The position numbers were made by a program, and so were the translations under genes. Positions 1 through 11,656 of a stretch of 64,000 bases of DNA are shown in pieces; position 1 is the first letter of the stretch, and each line of letters begins with the position of its first letter. Source of the DNA: Octopus sinensis (Eukaryota); the NCBI RefSeq assembly GCF_006345805.1, contig NC_042999.1, positions 47,554,001-47,618,000 on the forward strand. The letters run 5' to 3'. A model generated the notes under the pieces. The model saw nothing but the letters and a program-made list of their open reading frames with translations. It ran no database searches and was not told where the DNA came from.

Positions 1-199
1 TTTCGCAGGTATTGGTGTACTCGAACGTGTTGGATATAATTGTACACACCGCTATGTAGATTGAACTCACAAAGTCTTGAGGAATATGATGGCCTTGAAA
101 AGTTGATTAAATATGTAAATGAAATCAATGAAATAAATAGAGGCAGCTTTATTCATGTTTATTATCAGTGAAAGAATTTAAACTTATAACACCACTCAC

Positions 200-575
200 T
201 CGTTGGAGAGATGGAATTTTTTTTGTGCGGCTCTGACGGTCAGGAGTATATCTGATGTTCTGCCGGAGAAGAAAATATTCCAAAGATCATGAATCTTGCA
301 GTGAAGCATGGTGACACAAGACCTGCATATTGAATGACACATTCTGAAAAAGAATCGGTCGAACTCCCTCGAAGCACTTTATGATAGAGAGTACGACATG
401 TTCGCAACACTTGTTGAAGATTAGGCTTTTATAAGTCAGATGTGACTTGGGAGGCAGACTTTATATTATGACAACTCCATGGAACATACTACAGGATTTA
501 TCAACAATTACCCCGTAAGAGATGAAATCCGAGTGTAGAAATGGCTAACATAAGCCGCGGGTTCAAGATATACAT
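200..575 (+). pseudogene. Highly degenerate Tc1-like transposase remnant
   Basis: Broken frames read FLCGSDGQEYI*CSAGEENIPKIMNLAVKHG, YYDNSMEHT and IRV*KW. These resemble the Tc1 motifs LFGSDG..YVRR..GEE..TVKHG, QDNDPKHT and VLEWP. Many stops and frameshifts. Confidence 0.5.
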
Positions 576-674
576 GAAGGTGTATCCACCAGCCAATTAG
601 TTATAATCTCGGGAATTCAAAACACAAAATTCAAGAAATGAAGCAAATTTTACTACATCTCTCACTATATATCA

Positions 675-675
<1 letters not shown>

Positions 676-760
<85 letters not shown>
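676..760. repeat. (TATC)n microsatellite
   Basis: Directly visible; lies just left of the PLE. Confidence 0.95.
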
Positions 761-942
761 GTTTGTTTACATAAAAAACATCTCTTTAAGGTGTTTGGTA
801 TTTGGAAGGGAATCCAGACGAAAAAATGTCTGAAGAATATTACAAAATTTAAAAAAAAAATTTTTTTTTCCTTCATAAGGACATAATTTTTTAAAGAAAG
901 ACCGGTTTCGCATTTAGCTTTTCAAATTTCTTGTGACGTTAT

Positions 943-1550
943 GTGGGTTCCACGGGACTATCCCTCAGACGTAGATGCACACTGCATCGACAACAGATTG
1001 CATTCCCTGAATATAGAATGATACCTTTTAGTGAGCACATTGAGAAATGCGCAAAGCAACTACTACCACAATTTTTAATCTTTCCATTCTACCAATGTGC
1101 TTTCGGATCATCAACACAAGTTAGACTAAACAAGGAAACATTCTTCATTGAAAAGTACAAGCCCAGACTCAACCATGCGAACATACTGATACAGAGAAAT
1201 TCACATTAAGGGAAAAGGAAAAAAAAAATTAAGCGATTATCTCCCTTACACCGGAAGAAATCACCCACTACCTTCCCTTATTTAGAACTCTCCGGAGCAT
1301 AAACACAAGGATAACTCTATTCAACATAAACATAACGTCACAAGAAATTTGAAAAGCTAAATGCGAAACCGCTCTTTCTTTAAAAATTATGTCATTATAA
1401 AGGAAAAAAAAATTTTTTTTTAATTTTCTAATATTCTTCAGACATATTGACGCAAATATATATATTTTTTAACATATAAGCCTTCTGTCGTTTTTTCACT
1501 CTTTACTATTTTTTATATATTCACCCACGTGCTTTCACAAACCAACTTTC
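943..1550 (+). repeat. 5' pseudo-LTR of PLE (includes a duplicated endonuclease C-terminus)
   Basis: Near-identical to 4873-5472; ORFs 943-1209 and 4873-5139 encode the same peptide with few substitutions. Confidence 0.95.
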
Positions 1551-1569
1551 TTATCTATATATTATACAC

Positions 1570-2937
1570 GTGGGACCGAAAATGCCACAGAAGACCAACA
1601 CCTCGGATAAAACCTTAAATGAGGACATACTGAAAGAACTGAAAAATATTAATACACAGCTTCTTAACCTGAACAACAAAATCGAGGAATCAAACTTACT
1701 CGCCCGGGAAAGTAAAAGCAATGAAGATACAACTCGCTACACTGACCAGGTTAGTAAGGATTTGCAACTGTTATACACAACACTAAATTCAATTTTCATC
1801 AACAAATCCGAAAATAATACACACGCACCAAATGAAACACAGCAGGACATCATACGCACCCAAATTAACCCAGCAAAAAGAAAAATAGGAAACATTTGGA
1901 ATACTAACCTGCACAACAGAAAACTCGCCTTCTGGAACATGATAAAAAATTCCAACAAAGCAGATATTTACGAGGGATGGATAAACTCAACACCAATTAT
2001 CCTCCCACGCAAATTCCAGATAAAATTAATTCCTAACGAGCCTGACGGACAGAGATCTATTAGGGAAAAGTCAGCTCTGTTCAATTTTAGATCAGAAATA
2101 GAGCTTCTAAGGCTCAGGGCCTCCACAAATGAGGAAAAATTTAAAAGCATAGACGAGGAGATGCACAATATAATACTGAAACATACCGAGGGACAACCCC
2201 TTGAAAATACATTAGATCATTGGAAGGATACCTGTGAAAAAGAAGAGAGAAATTCTCTCCTACGCTGGGAGAAAAACACGGACTTCTTCCAAAAATATAG
2301 TGAAACTTTCAAAAATGAATTGGGTACAAATAATCCCTTCCTTAAGAAAATTACAATAAATAAAAAAGAAAAACCAAACAACCCACGAACAACCCCCAAC
2401 TATCCTCCATACACTAAAAACAGAAATCACCCACAACCAACCTTTGCAAACCACGCAAGACTTAACAGGGAACTAGCTGACAGAGGACGCGTCTATGAAA
2501 TAAATTACACCAAAAACAGAACACACCAACAACATCCTAATACCAGACCCAACCACCATACAGCACAAAACGACACTAGAATAAGAAATACACCACACAC
2601 AAATCGCTACTACCCCATGAACCAAAATTACTGGTCCCCACTAAACACAAGACAAACGCAAAAAAACACTATGTCAAGCAACATCCCACATACAAGCAGT
2701 TCGAAACAAAAATAATTCCCATACAGAAATTTTACACACACCACAAACAATAACAACCATAGATTCCCTCACACACAGAACGATCGGGGGCAACAATACC
2801 ACCACTCCCTCGACCAAATACCACACAACCTCACAGACAACTCATACAAACAAAATTACACCCAACATTTTTTAGCCAGGGACCAGGGACACCAGGACAC
2901 AGGCTGGAACCTAGTAATAAGGAAAAACCGAAGATAA
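1570..2937 (+). pseudogene. PLE ORF1, orphan protein with coiled-coil-like N-terminus and N/T/H/P/Q-rich tail
   Basis: 381-aa ORF (ATG at 1582) directly after the pLTR. The same frame stays open past a single TAA (2713) to a stop at 2935-2937. Confidence 0.7.
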
Positions 2938-5139
2938 TCAATCTTTCAACCAAACCTCTTTCTAGCATAAAAATTGACATCCTCTCAAAAGGGCTCAAGT
3001 TTACACCAACTCCACACAGAGCCAACCTAAATGAAATCAAGGATAATATAACAGAATTTTGCAGAAAATTAAGACTAGCAGAAGCATAAACCAGTTTCAA
3101 TACTGAAGATGAATCACTAGTCAAGAACAAAAGTGAACACATCCCACACAGAGGAAGAAATAAAGATCTTGACGAATTCTGTAACCACATTGAGAACTTC
3201 CCCTACCATACTATACATAAACAGAAAGCTAACTCAAATTTTAACACTACACAATGGAAAGAACTGATAGAACTTCAAAATGATGAGGATATAACCATTA
3301 AGGAAGCAGACAAGGGAAATGCAGTTGTAATAATGGATACATCATACTACAGAAATCTTGTAATTTCCTTGCATGATGACGACCTACATTATGAAAAAAT
3401 TACCAACTACACCCCACAAAAGATAACGGAAACTCTATCTTCACTAATTAAAACCCATGAAAAGGAACTAACAACCAAAGAGATTGACTTCCTAACAAAC
3501 TTTAAATGCAAACCTAGCCTTTTCTATGGTCTGCCAACAATTCATAAAAGTCAAATTATAAATGAAACCATTAAAAAATCACCAAAGACATACATACACA
3601 CACCTAACCCGGGGGACCTAAAACTACGACCCATTGTAGCTGGCCCAACCTGTGAAACACACAGACTAAGTCTACTTATGGACATCCTCCTGAAACCCTT
3701 CCTTAAACATATCGATAGACATATCAGAGATGACTTAGATATGTTAAACCACCTTCCAAAAAAAGCCAAGGAAGAAACAATCCTGGTTTCATTTGATGTA
3801 GTCAACTTGTATACCAGTATACCTCATAATTATGGACTGGAGGCAATACAATTCTGGTTAGACCAATTTCCGGAAGAAATACCAAAAAGGATCAGTAAAG
3901 AATTCATTACTAAATCAATTGAATTCATCCTACACAATAACCACTTCATGTTTGACAATACATTTTACCGTCAAAAATCCGGAATTGCTATGGGTACAAG
4001 GGCAGCACCAGTCATTGCGAACTTAACAATGGGATACATGGAAATAATCATTTACCAGGAATCTTTATCAATCTTTGGAAACCCCTCTCTCAATACATAA
4101 AAGAGAACTGGAAACGATTCTTAGACGATTGTTTTATTCTCTGGAATGAAAACACAGATAAACTCCTAAAATTTAAAAACCTATTGAACAGCATAAACCC
4201 AAATATACAGTTCACAATGGAATACAATCAAAAGGAGCTCCCGTCCTTAGATATACTAATTAAAAAAATTAACCTTAAAATAGAAACAGACATTTTCTAC
4301 AAAGCCACAGACGCCAAACAATACCTTCTCTTTAATTCATGCCACCCAAGACACACTAAAGCAAACATCCCCTTCAACCTTTCAAGAAGGATATGCACAG
4401 ACATTACCCAGCTCAACTCATAGAGGATGGGATCAGACGTGCAAAAGAAATCAACATAGAAACTTTAAGAAAAGTTCAACACCACAACACACCTTCCCCG
4501 AAAATACTACCTTACATATCTACATACAACCCCAGAAACAAAGAAGCCTTCACCATCATCACCCAGAATTTACCAATACTTCATAAAAACCCCAAATTAA
4601 AGGAAATTCTAAACATACACCAAATCATTAAAAGCTACAAACAGCCTAAATCACTTAAAAAGATTCTCACAAAGGCAAAATAGTCTTCTGAAATTACGGA
4701 TGCAAAAGTAAAAAAATGTGGTAGATCGAACTGTGCAACATGTCCTAACCTGCTAGAAGGATCAGAATTCCTCTTTAAAGAGGGACAGAAATTCAAGATC
4801 AAATCTAACTTTCCTTGTGCCTCTGAAAATATAATTTATGTCATAAAATGCTCGGGCTGCCACCAAGACTACGTGGGTTCCACGGGACTATCATTCAGAC
4901 GTAGATGCACACTGCATCGACAACAGATTGCATTCCCAGAATATAGAATGATACCTTTTAGTGAGCAATTTGAGAAATGCGCAAAGCAACTACTACCACA
5001 ATTTTTAATCTTTCCATTCTACCAATGTGCTTTCGGATCATCAACACAAATTAGACTAAACAAGGAAACATTCTTCATTGAAAAGTACATGCCCAAATTC
5101 AACCATCCGAACATACTGATACAGAGAAATTCACATTAA
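2866..5139 (+). pseudogene. PLE reverse transcriptase + GIY-YIG endonuclease ORF, disrupted
   Basis: PLE RT motifs and FLDD. Stops at 3087 and 4681, frameshift near 4090, apparent deletion near 4400. Confidence 0.92.
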
Positions 5140-5472
5140 GGGAAAAGGAAAAAAAATTTTAAGCGATTATCTCCCTTACACCGGAAGAAATCACCCACAA
5201 CCTTCCCTTATTTAGAACTCTCCGGAGCATAAACACAAGGATAACTCTATTCAACATAAACATAACGTCACAAGAAATTTGAAAAGCTAAATGCGAAACC
5301 GGTCTTTCTTTAAAAATTATGTCATTATGAAGGAAAAAAAAAATTTTTTTTAATTTTCTAATATTCTTCAGACATATTGACGCAAATATATATATTTTTT
5401 AACATTTAAGCCTTCTGTCGTTTTTTCACTATTTTTATATATTCACCCACGTGCTTTCACAATCCAACTTTC
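4873..5472 (+). repeat. 3' pseudo-LTR of PLE
   Basis: Direct repeat of 943-1550, followed by (TA)n. Confidence 0.95.
5272..5310 (+). ncRNA. Minimal type I hammerhead ribozyme motif (U3:A8 variant) in pLTR
   Basis: aagaaa(t)-TTGAAAA-gc-taaat-gc-GAAAC-cg-GTC-tttctt. Copies at 1342-1380 (one substitution) and 894-932 (minus strand). Confidence 0.65.
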
Positions 5473-5591
5473 ATATATATATATATATATATATATACAT
5501 ACATACATACATACATGCATACATACATACATGCATATATACAAATATACGTACGTGTACATATATATATATATATATATATATGAATACA

Positions 5592-5666
<75 letters not shown>

Positions 5667-5993
5667 GGATTGAATATGTGTTTCATTATTTATCTCTGCT
5701 TGATTGTTTATTGAGTTAATACTTCCCGTTTATACTTCCATTTGAAGAAATTTCTGTAACATTAAGAAATGATTTATTCCGATATTTAATGCACGTTTAT
5801 TTGAATAAAAAAATTAAATAGATGCTTTAAATTATTTTCCATTAAGTGGCGTTCCAATTTTATGACTTATCAACAGTGTCAATAATTGCATCCATTTTAA
5901 ATAGTAAGAAAATAAACGGAAATAATTAATGTATGTTTAATCTTCAGTATAGAACTGCCTTTAAACTGATAATATATATATGGAAATAAATAA

Positions 5994-6051
<58 letters not shown>

Positions 6052-6068
6052 CATATATATATACATAT

Positions 6069-6165
<97 letters not shown>

Positions 6166-6394
6166 TATATAGATAAACAAACACATACATACACACACAC
6201 ATATATGTATGTATATATGCACGTATGTATGTAGGTATATCAATAATTTTCTATACACACATACATATCTAGAAAATCATGCATACATACGAAAATATGC
6301 ATATATCTATGTATTTATCTATCTACATATATATATATATATGTATATATATGTATGTACGTATATATACATATATGTATTTATGTATATATGT

Positions 6395-6440
<46 letters not shown>
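5473..6440. repeat. Compound (TA)n/(CA)n/(TACA)n microsatellite tracts
   Basis: Directly visible. Similar tracts recur throughout the window (e.g. 8080-8365, 17100-17355, 19900-20280, 54737-55400, 57590-57960). Confidence 0.95.
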
Positions 6441-6442
<2 letters not shown>

Positions 6443-7223
6443 GACACACTCGCGAATACACGCAGCATACACAGGCGTACACACACATTATACTTATATC
6501 ATTACATGCGTACACATATAGAAGGAGAGACATAGATAAATATACCAGTTTAAGTATATGCATAGTATTCAGACGAGTATTTAAGTGTGTGCGATCATAA
6601 TGGAATAAATATTATTTTAACCGCGCAAGCATACATATTTGTACAGACATATAATATAGACACATACAGTCTCACTGACACAAAAGTATATAAGTGTATT
6701 TGAAATGGCACTGGTTAAAAGAAACAAAAGTAGGAGAAACAAAAGCATATCAATACAGAAATGCTGCAATCCATGATCTGCTGACTCGTGTGATGCGAAA
6801 TAATACTGTTGATTGTTGAATTGGCGGCCATTTGTTAAATATATTCTTTTCTTTTCATACATTCAGACAATGTCATCGTTGATAACAATGAAAGACATAC
6901 ATTGTATAAGATATATCGATGACGTGGGCACGAACAAAGTGATATGCTAATAAAATACGCGTACACATACAATAACACACTCGCATAGCGTGCACGACCA
7001 CACAAACGTTTATATGTGCATGTGTGATCGATGAAAGAACTCACACAGATACAGCCACATGTACGCCTATACGTATTTAAAATACACACGCACGCACCAT
7101 ATATCTACACTTTACATTTATTTACATAACGGCATATATTAAAAAAGCATTTATAGTTTCTAACACATCTTCACAATCAAACCAGGATGTAAATGTGCAC
7201 CCACCCATATATATATATATGTT

Positions 7224-7273
<50 letters not shown>

Positions 7274-7374
7274 TACATATACATATATATATATACCTAC
7301 CTACCTATGTAAGTATGTATGTTTGTATGTATGTATCTAATCTATCTGTCTATCCATCTATCTATAGTTGCAGC

Positions 7375-8055
7375 ATCCGGCTGTCTGGAGAGACCATAGA
7401 TCAATACTCGAAGAAAACGTGTCAGCTACAGATAGTGGTGCAACGTCTGTTTTGGCTGTAGAGGCCCACACGCGAGTTGCCGTCACGCATACAGTGATTG
7501 CATTTAAAGGAGAACCTCTGCCGGCGCTGCTGCTTTTTCCTTCCGTCGTGATCGCTTTTTTCTTTCGGTGGCGAGTTTTTTTTTCTTCTCGCTTTCGTAG
7601 TATTTGTCTCCAGCGTGAGCAATCTTTTGCGACCTCCTCCCATCAAGCAAATTCATATCTCATTTGCTTACATCCTTGAAACGAAGCTGGGATCGTCCTA
7701 GTCCTCTTCTGCCCATACAGAAGAACGTTTGGGACGCTCCTGTCCGGCATATATCACCGATACAATGGATAGGACGTCGCTTGAGCAGGGTGAGTATATT
7801 GGGTATCTTGGCGTGGTTGAGGAATTCGATGTAGCTGATGTGATCGGTCCACATGATATCCAAGATGTGTTTCATCTTACGAAGGTGGAAGATGTTGAGA
7901 CGCCAATCTGCCTTAGAGGCACCACATTTCAGTGCTGCAAAGTAGTGCTCTAAGGATGCCCGCCTTATAGACAGCAGTCATGGTGCTTGCAGCCAGTTTT
8001 CTGTTTTTCCATACACTCTTTGTGACTCTCTGTGAGCCTGGCAAATGTGGAGGGC
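7375..8055 (-). mobile_element. RTE-clade LINE 3' fragment, degenerate
   Basis: HILDIMWTDHISYIEFLNHAKIPNILTLLKRR..GRSQLRFKDV and C-terminal [23 protein letters not shown] match RTE/BovB-type C-termini. Confidence 0.8.
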
Positions 8056-8122
8056 GTCTTTACATGCATCTACTTATCTATCTATCTATCTGTCTGTATG
8101 TCTATCTATCTATCCATCTCTA

Positions 8123-8218
<96 letters not shown>

Positions 8219-8296
8219 TATATATATATATATATATAGATATATATATATATACACATATATATATATATATTATATATACATATATATAGAGGA

Positions 8297-8364
<68 letters not shown>

Positions 8365-8365
8365 A

Positions 8366-8779
8366 GGCGCAGGAGTGGATGTGTGGTAAGTAGCTTGTTT
8401 ACCAACCACATGGTTCCGGGTTCAGTCCCACTGCGTGGCACCTTCGGCAAGTGTCTTCTACTATAGCCTCGGGCCGACCAAAGCCTTGTGAGTGGATTTG
8501 GTAGACGGAAACTGAAAGAAGCCCGTCGTATATATGTATATATATATATGCGTGTGTGTGTTTGTGTGTCTGTGTTTGTCCCCCTAGCATTGCTTAACAA
8601 CCGATGCTGGTGTGTTTACGTCCCCGTCACTTAGCGGTTCGGCAAAAGGGACCGATAGAATAAGTACTGGGCTTACAAAAACAATAAGTCCCGGGGTCGA
8701 GTTGCTCGATTAAAGGCGGTGCTCCAGCATGGCTGCAGTCAAATGACTGAAACAAGTAAAAGAGTAAAAGAGTAAAGAG
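8366..8779 (+). mobile_element. tRNA-headed SINE, family A
   Basis: A-box-like TGGATGTGTGG, B-box-like GGTTCAGTCCC, internal (TA/TG)n and AAAGAGT tail. Homologous to 34931, 43089, 63137 and 10965(-). Confidence 0.9.
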
Positions 8780-9014
8780 AATATGTATGTCTGTGTATGT
8801 GTGTGTGTGTGTGTTTTGCGGGAGTTGTGTGTGCGTGTCTGTGTATATTTGTATCTGGGCACACCAACAATAAAGTATTCACATTGTACGAAACAGAACG
8901 CACGATTAGCAATCCATTGAATTTGTTGCACAGTAAGTGAACAAATGGAAATCTGTTGAGTAACTGTAAGGCTGCTACTTCTCCTAGAACTTCAACTACT
9001 GCTAACGATAATAA

Positions 9015-9190
9015 TTTCCAATTTTGGCACAACGCTAGCAATTTCGAACAGAGATTAACTCGTTTGCATCGAACGCAATGCTCGACAGGTATGTATTTTA
9101 TCGAGATCGGAAAGATTAAAAGCAAAGTCGTCTCCGGTAGTATTTGAACACCGAAAGAAAAGATGTAAAAAATGCCTCTAAATACTTTGC
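9015..9190 (-). mobile_element. Old degenerate SINE family B fragment
   Basis: Diverged match to the 35398-35814 body (atcga..cggaaagattaaaagcaaagtcg). Confidence 0.5.
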
Positions 9191-9346
9191 CCATCTCAAA
9201 GTCTTAATAATAAATATTATGATGATTAGCTGAAGAAGGATGATAATGATTATTATCATAATAATGGCAATTAGATGATAATGATACTAATAAAAACAAT
9301 GGTAGTAATGATGTCAAATTTGACACAAGGGCAATAGCTATGATAA

Positions 9347-10016
9347 TCTATTATATAAAATCCGTTCGGTCTGTCTGTGTGTGTCTTCTACAATCTCGTG
9401 CATCCTCCATCCGATTGTACTCTTTGCCTTTCATCCTTTCGGGGTCAATAAATTAAGTACCAGTTACGCACTGAGGTCGATGTAATCGACTTAATACCCA
9501 GGTATGTCCTTGTTTGTCCGCTCTATGTTTAGCTCCTTGTGGGTAATAAAGAAATAGGTATCAGGGCGTGTATAAGTCTTGAAAAAACTACAAAACTCGA
9601 ATCCAGGTGAGAATGCGATCGATAAAGCCGTTTTTGTCCTGCTTTTCTTCCGTCAACCTGTCCATAACTGCATCTTCCATTTTTTGCTGTTTTTGTACTG
9701 CTAAAAGGCACGTTTCTTTCCTGTCAAGCTTACTGTTTAAACCATGTTTGTGTTCTCCCAGTCAACAGCCTTATCATTACTGGTACTTTAAACTCTTCGG
9801 TTGCTTATTTGTGTGAATAAAATTGTTTCTTTTTGGAATAGAAAAAAAAGTCTATCTTTATTTCTTTTTTGGCTGGTGCATCAAATTTAGGTTTAATCAG
9901 TGTTTCTCAAAGGGGAGGCTTATGGGACGGTCGGACAAGTTGTTTTGAGAAAATTTGGTTTGAATGTTTGACAACTCAGCACCGTATATTGGGTGGGGGT
10001 GCGGGCGTTTTGCTCG
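9347..10016 (+). mobile_element. Putative non-autonomous Helitron, interrupted by a SINE fragment
   Basis: Starts a|TCtattatataaaatc..gtctgtctgtgtg, like the 5' end at 56486(-). Ends with a gcacc..ggtgc hairpin and CTCG|t, a CTAG variant. Confidence 0.45.
9421..9558 (+). mobile_element. SINE family B 3' fragment
   Basis: tttgcctttcatcctttcggggtc..aagtaccag..gtgggtaataaagaaatagg is the reverse complement of the 35398-35540 tail. Confidence 0.85.
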
Positions 10017-10964
10017 TATGAATATATAATATGATAATAACAATTGTTTGGATTACTTTGACAGCTACAAGTACTCACCATTTTGGTGGGATGTATCTAT
10101 TAAACAGTTGCTATTGTAATGAGATCTGAACAATGAAAGTTCGACAGGAACCGGACACTAAAATTTTGTTGTATTGCCTAAAGATTTTGCTGCCCAGAAT
10201 GCAATAAAATGTTCTGTAATTAGGATACAACAAGAGATAGCGGTATAAATTTGCTTTACCCATTAATCCACTTCAATATATGTAGGAAGCTCTTGTACAA
10301 GACAAAGCAGAAAGTGCTAATAATGAAATATTTATAAATTCTAATAATAACTCTAAAAAGCTAAATGCAATATATATGTCTATTTTCAAATAAAATGCAA
10401 ACAAAAAACTGGGTTTCATTATATTCTCAGCTGAAATCTCATTTGCGATATCTATACTGTTTTCTTTTTTTTAAGTATACATATGTGTGTGCATGTGTGT
10501 GTGTGTATGTATGTGTATGTTTGCATGTTTTTTGTGTGCGTTCATATACTTTTTGTAAACATATTTATATATATATATATATATACATGTATGTGTATGC
10601 TTATGTGCTTTTTTGCTTTTATGTGTGTTTATATTCCATGGGAAGTGAATGCTTATACGACTGTACTAATAAAGTGCAATTCATTTATGTGAGAATCTGT
10701 GTATTTGATGAATGGCAGTATGCTAATACTCTGTCTCTGTTCAGGGAGCGGGTAATCGATCGCTATTCAGTCAGTAATAAAGGCTCAAAGTACTCAGAAT
10801 TATTTTTCATTTATAACTACAGTGAGAAAAAAAAATTGTCTTTTGCTGGCTCTACATTTCTCAGTGAGACAGAATTATGCTTTTCTCAAAAACGCCTGCT
10901 GTATGGTTGACAGACAACCAATTTAACACCTTTTAGTGCTTCTATAAAGTTCTCTGTTCTCCTT

Positions 10965-11400
10965 TATCTTTTACTTGCTTCAGTCATTAGACTGCTGTCA
11001 TGCTGTGAAACCACCTTGGAGATTTTTTTATGGGATTAATCGACCCCAGAAACAATTTTCTTTAAGTACTGGTACTTATTCTTTGGGTTACTTTAGCCGA
11101 ACTGCTAAGTTTCGGGAACGTAAACACTCTACCATCGATTGCCATGCGATGGTTGAGGACAAACACAAAAACGATAATGCAACACACGCACACGCACTCA
11201 CGAATACACACACTCACACACACATTTATATATATATATACGACGGACTTCTTTCAGTTTTCGTCTACTAAATCTACTCACAAAACTTAGTTCTGCCCGA
11301 GGCTACAGTAGAAAACATTTATCCAAGCTGTTACGAAGGGGGACTGAACGCAGAACCACTTGGTGTGGAATCAGGCTTCGCACCAAACAGCCTACGGCTG
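10965..11400 (-). mobile_element. SINE family A, diverged copy
   Basis: Reverse complement of the 8366 element (cttctttcagttttcgtctac, actggtacttattc). Confidence 0.85.
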
Positions 11401-11429
11401 TTCATACACATATTCATATAAATATTCTT

Positions 11430-11583
11430 ACATTATTTACATTATTTACATTCGACGAATATTTGTCCTCATCTTGTTTGTTGTTAATATAAACATTCGG
11501 CTGATATACTCTCCAGCTTTCTTGAGGTGTTTTGGGGAAGTTTCGAACCTGGGTTCTCATTCCTAAGGTATTTTTAGATGCTG

Positions 11584-11656
<73 letters not shown>

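Larger units (their letters stand above)
826..5472 (+). mobile_element. Penelope-like retroelement (Neptune-like, GIY-YIG), near full length, inactivated; partial tandem pLTR plus short 5' inversion
   Basis: 943-1550 is a direct repeat of 4873-5472, and 826-944 is an inverted copy of pLTR sequence. RT has PLE motifs (IINLS..LSKGLKFTPTP, ADKG, LRPIVAG, SFDVVNLYTSIP, GIAMG, RFLDD). Cys linker CGRSNCATC and IIYVIKCSGCHQDYVGSTG endonuclease follow. Ends in (TA)n. Confidence 0.93.

Noticed and set aside
8366-8440. tRNA gene
   Set aside because: A/B boxes belong to a SINE head; no full cloverleaf.
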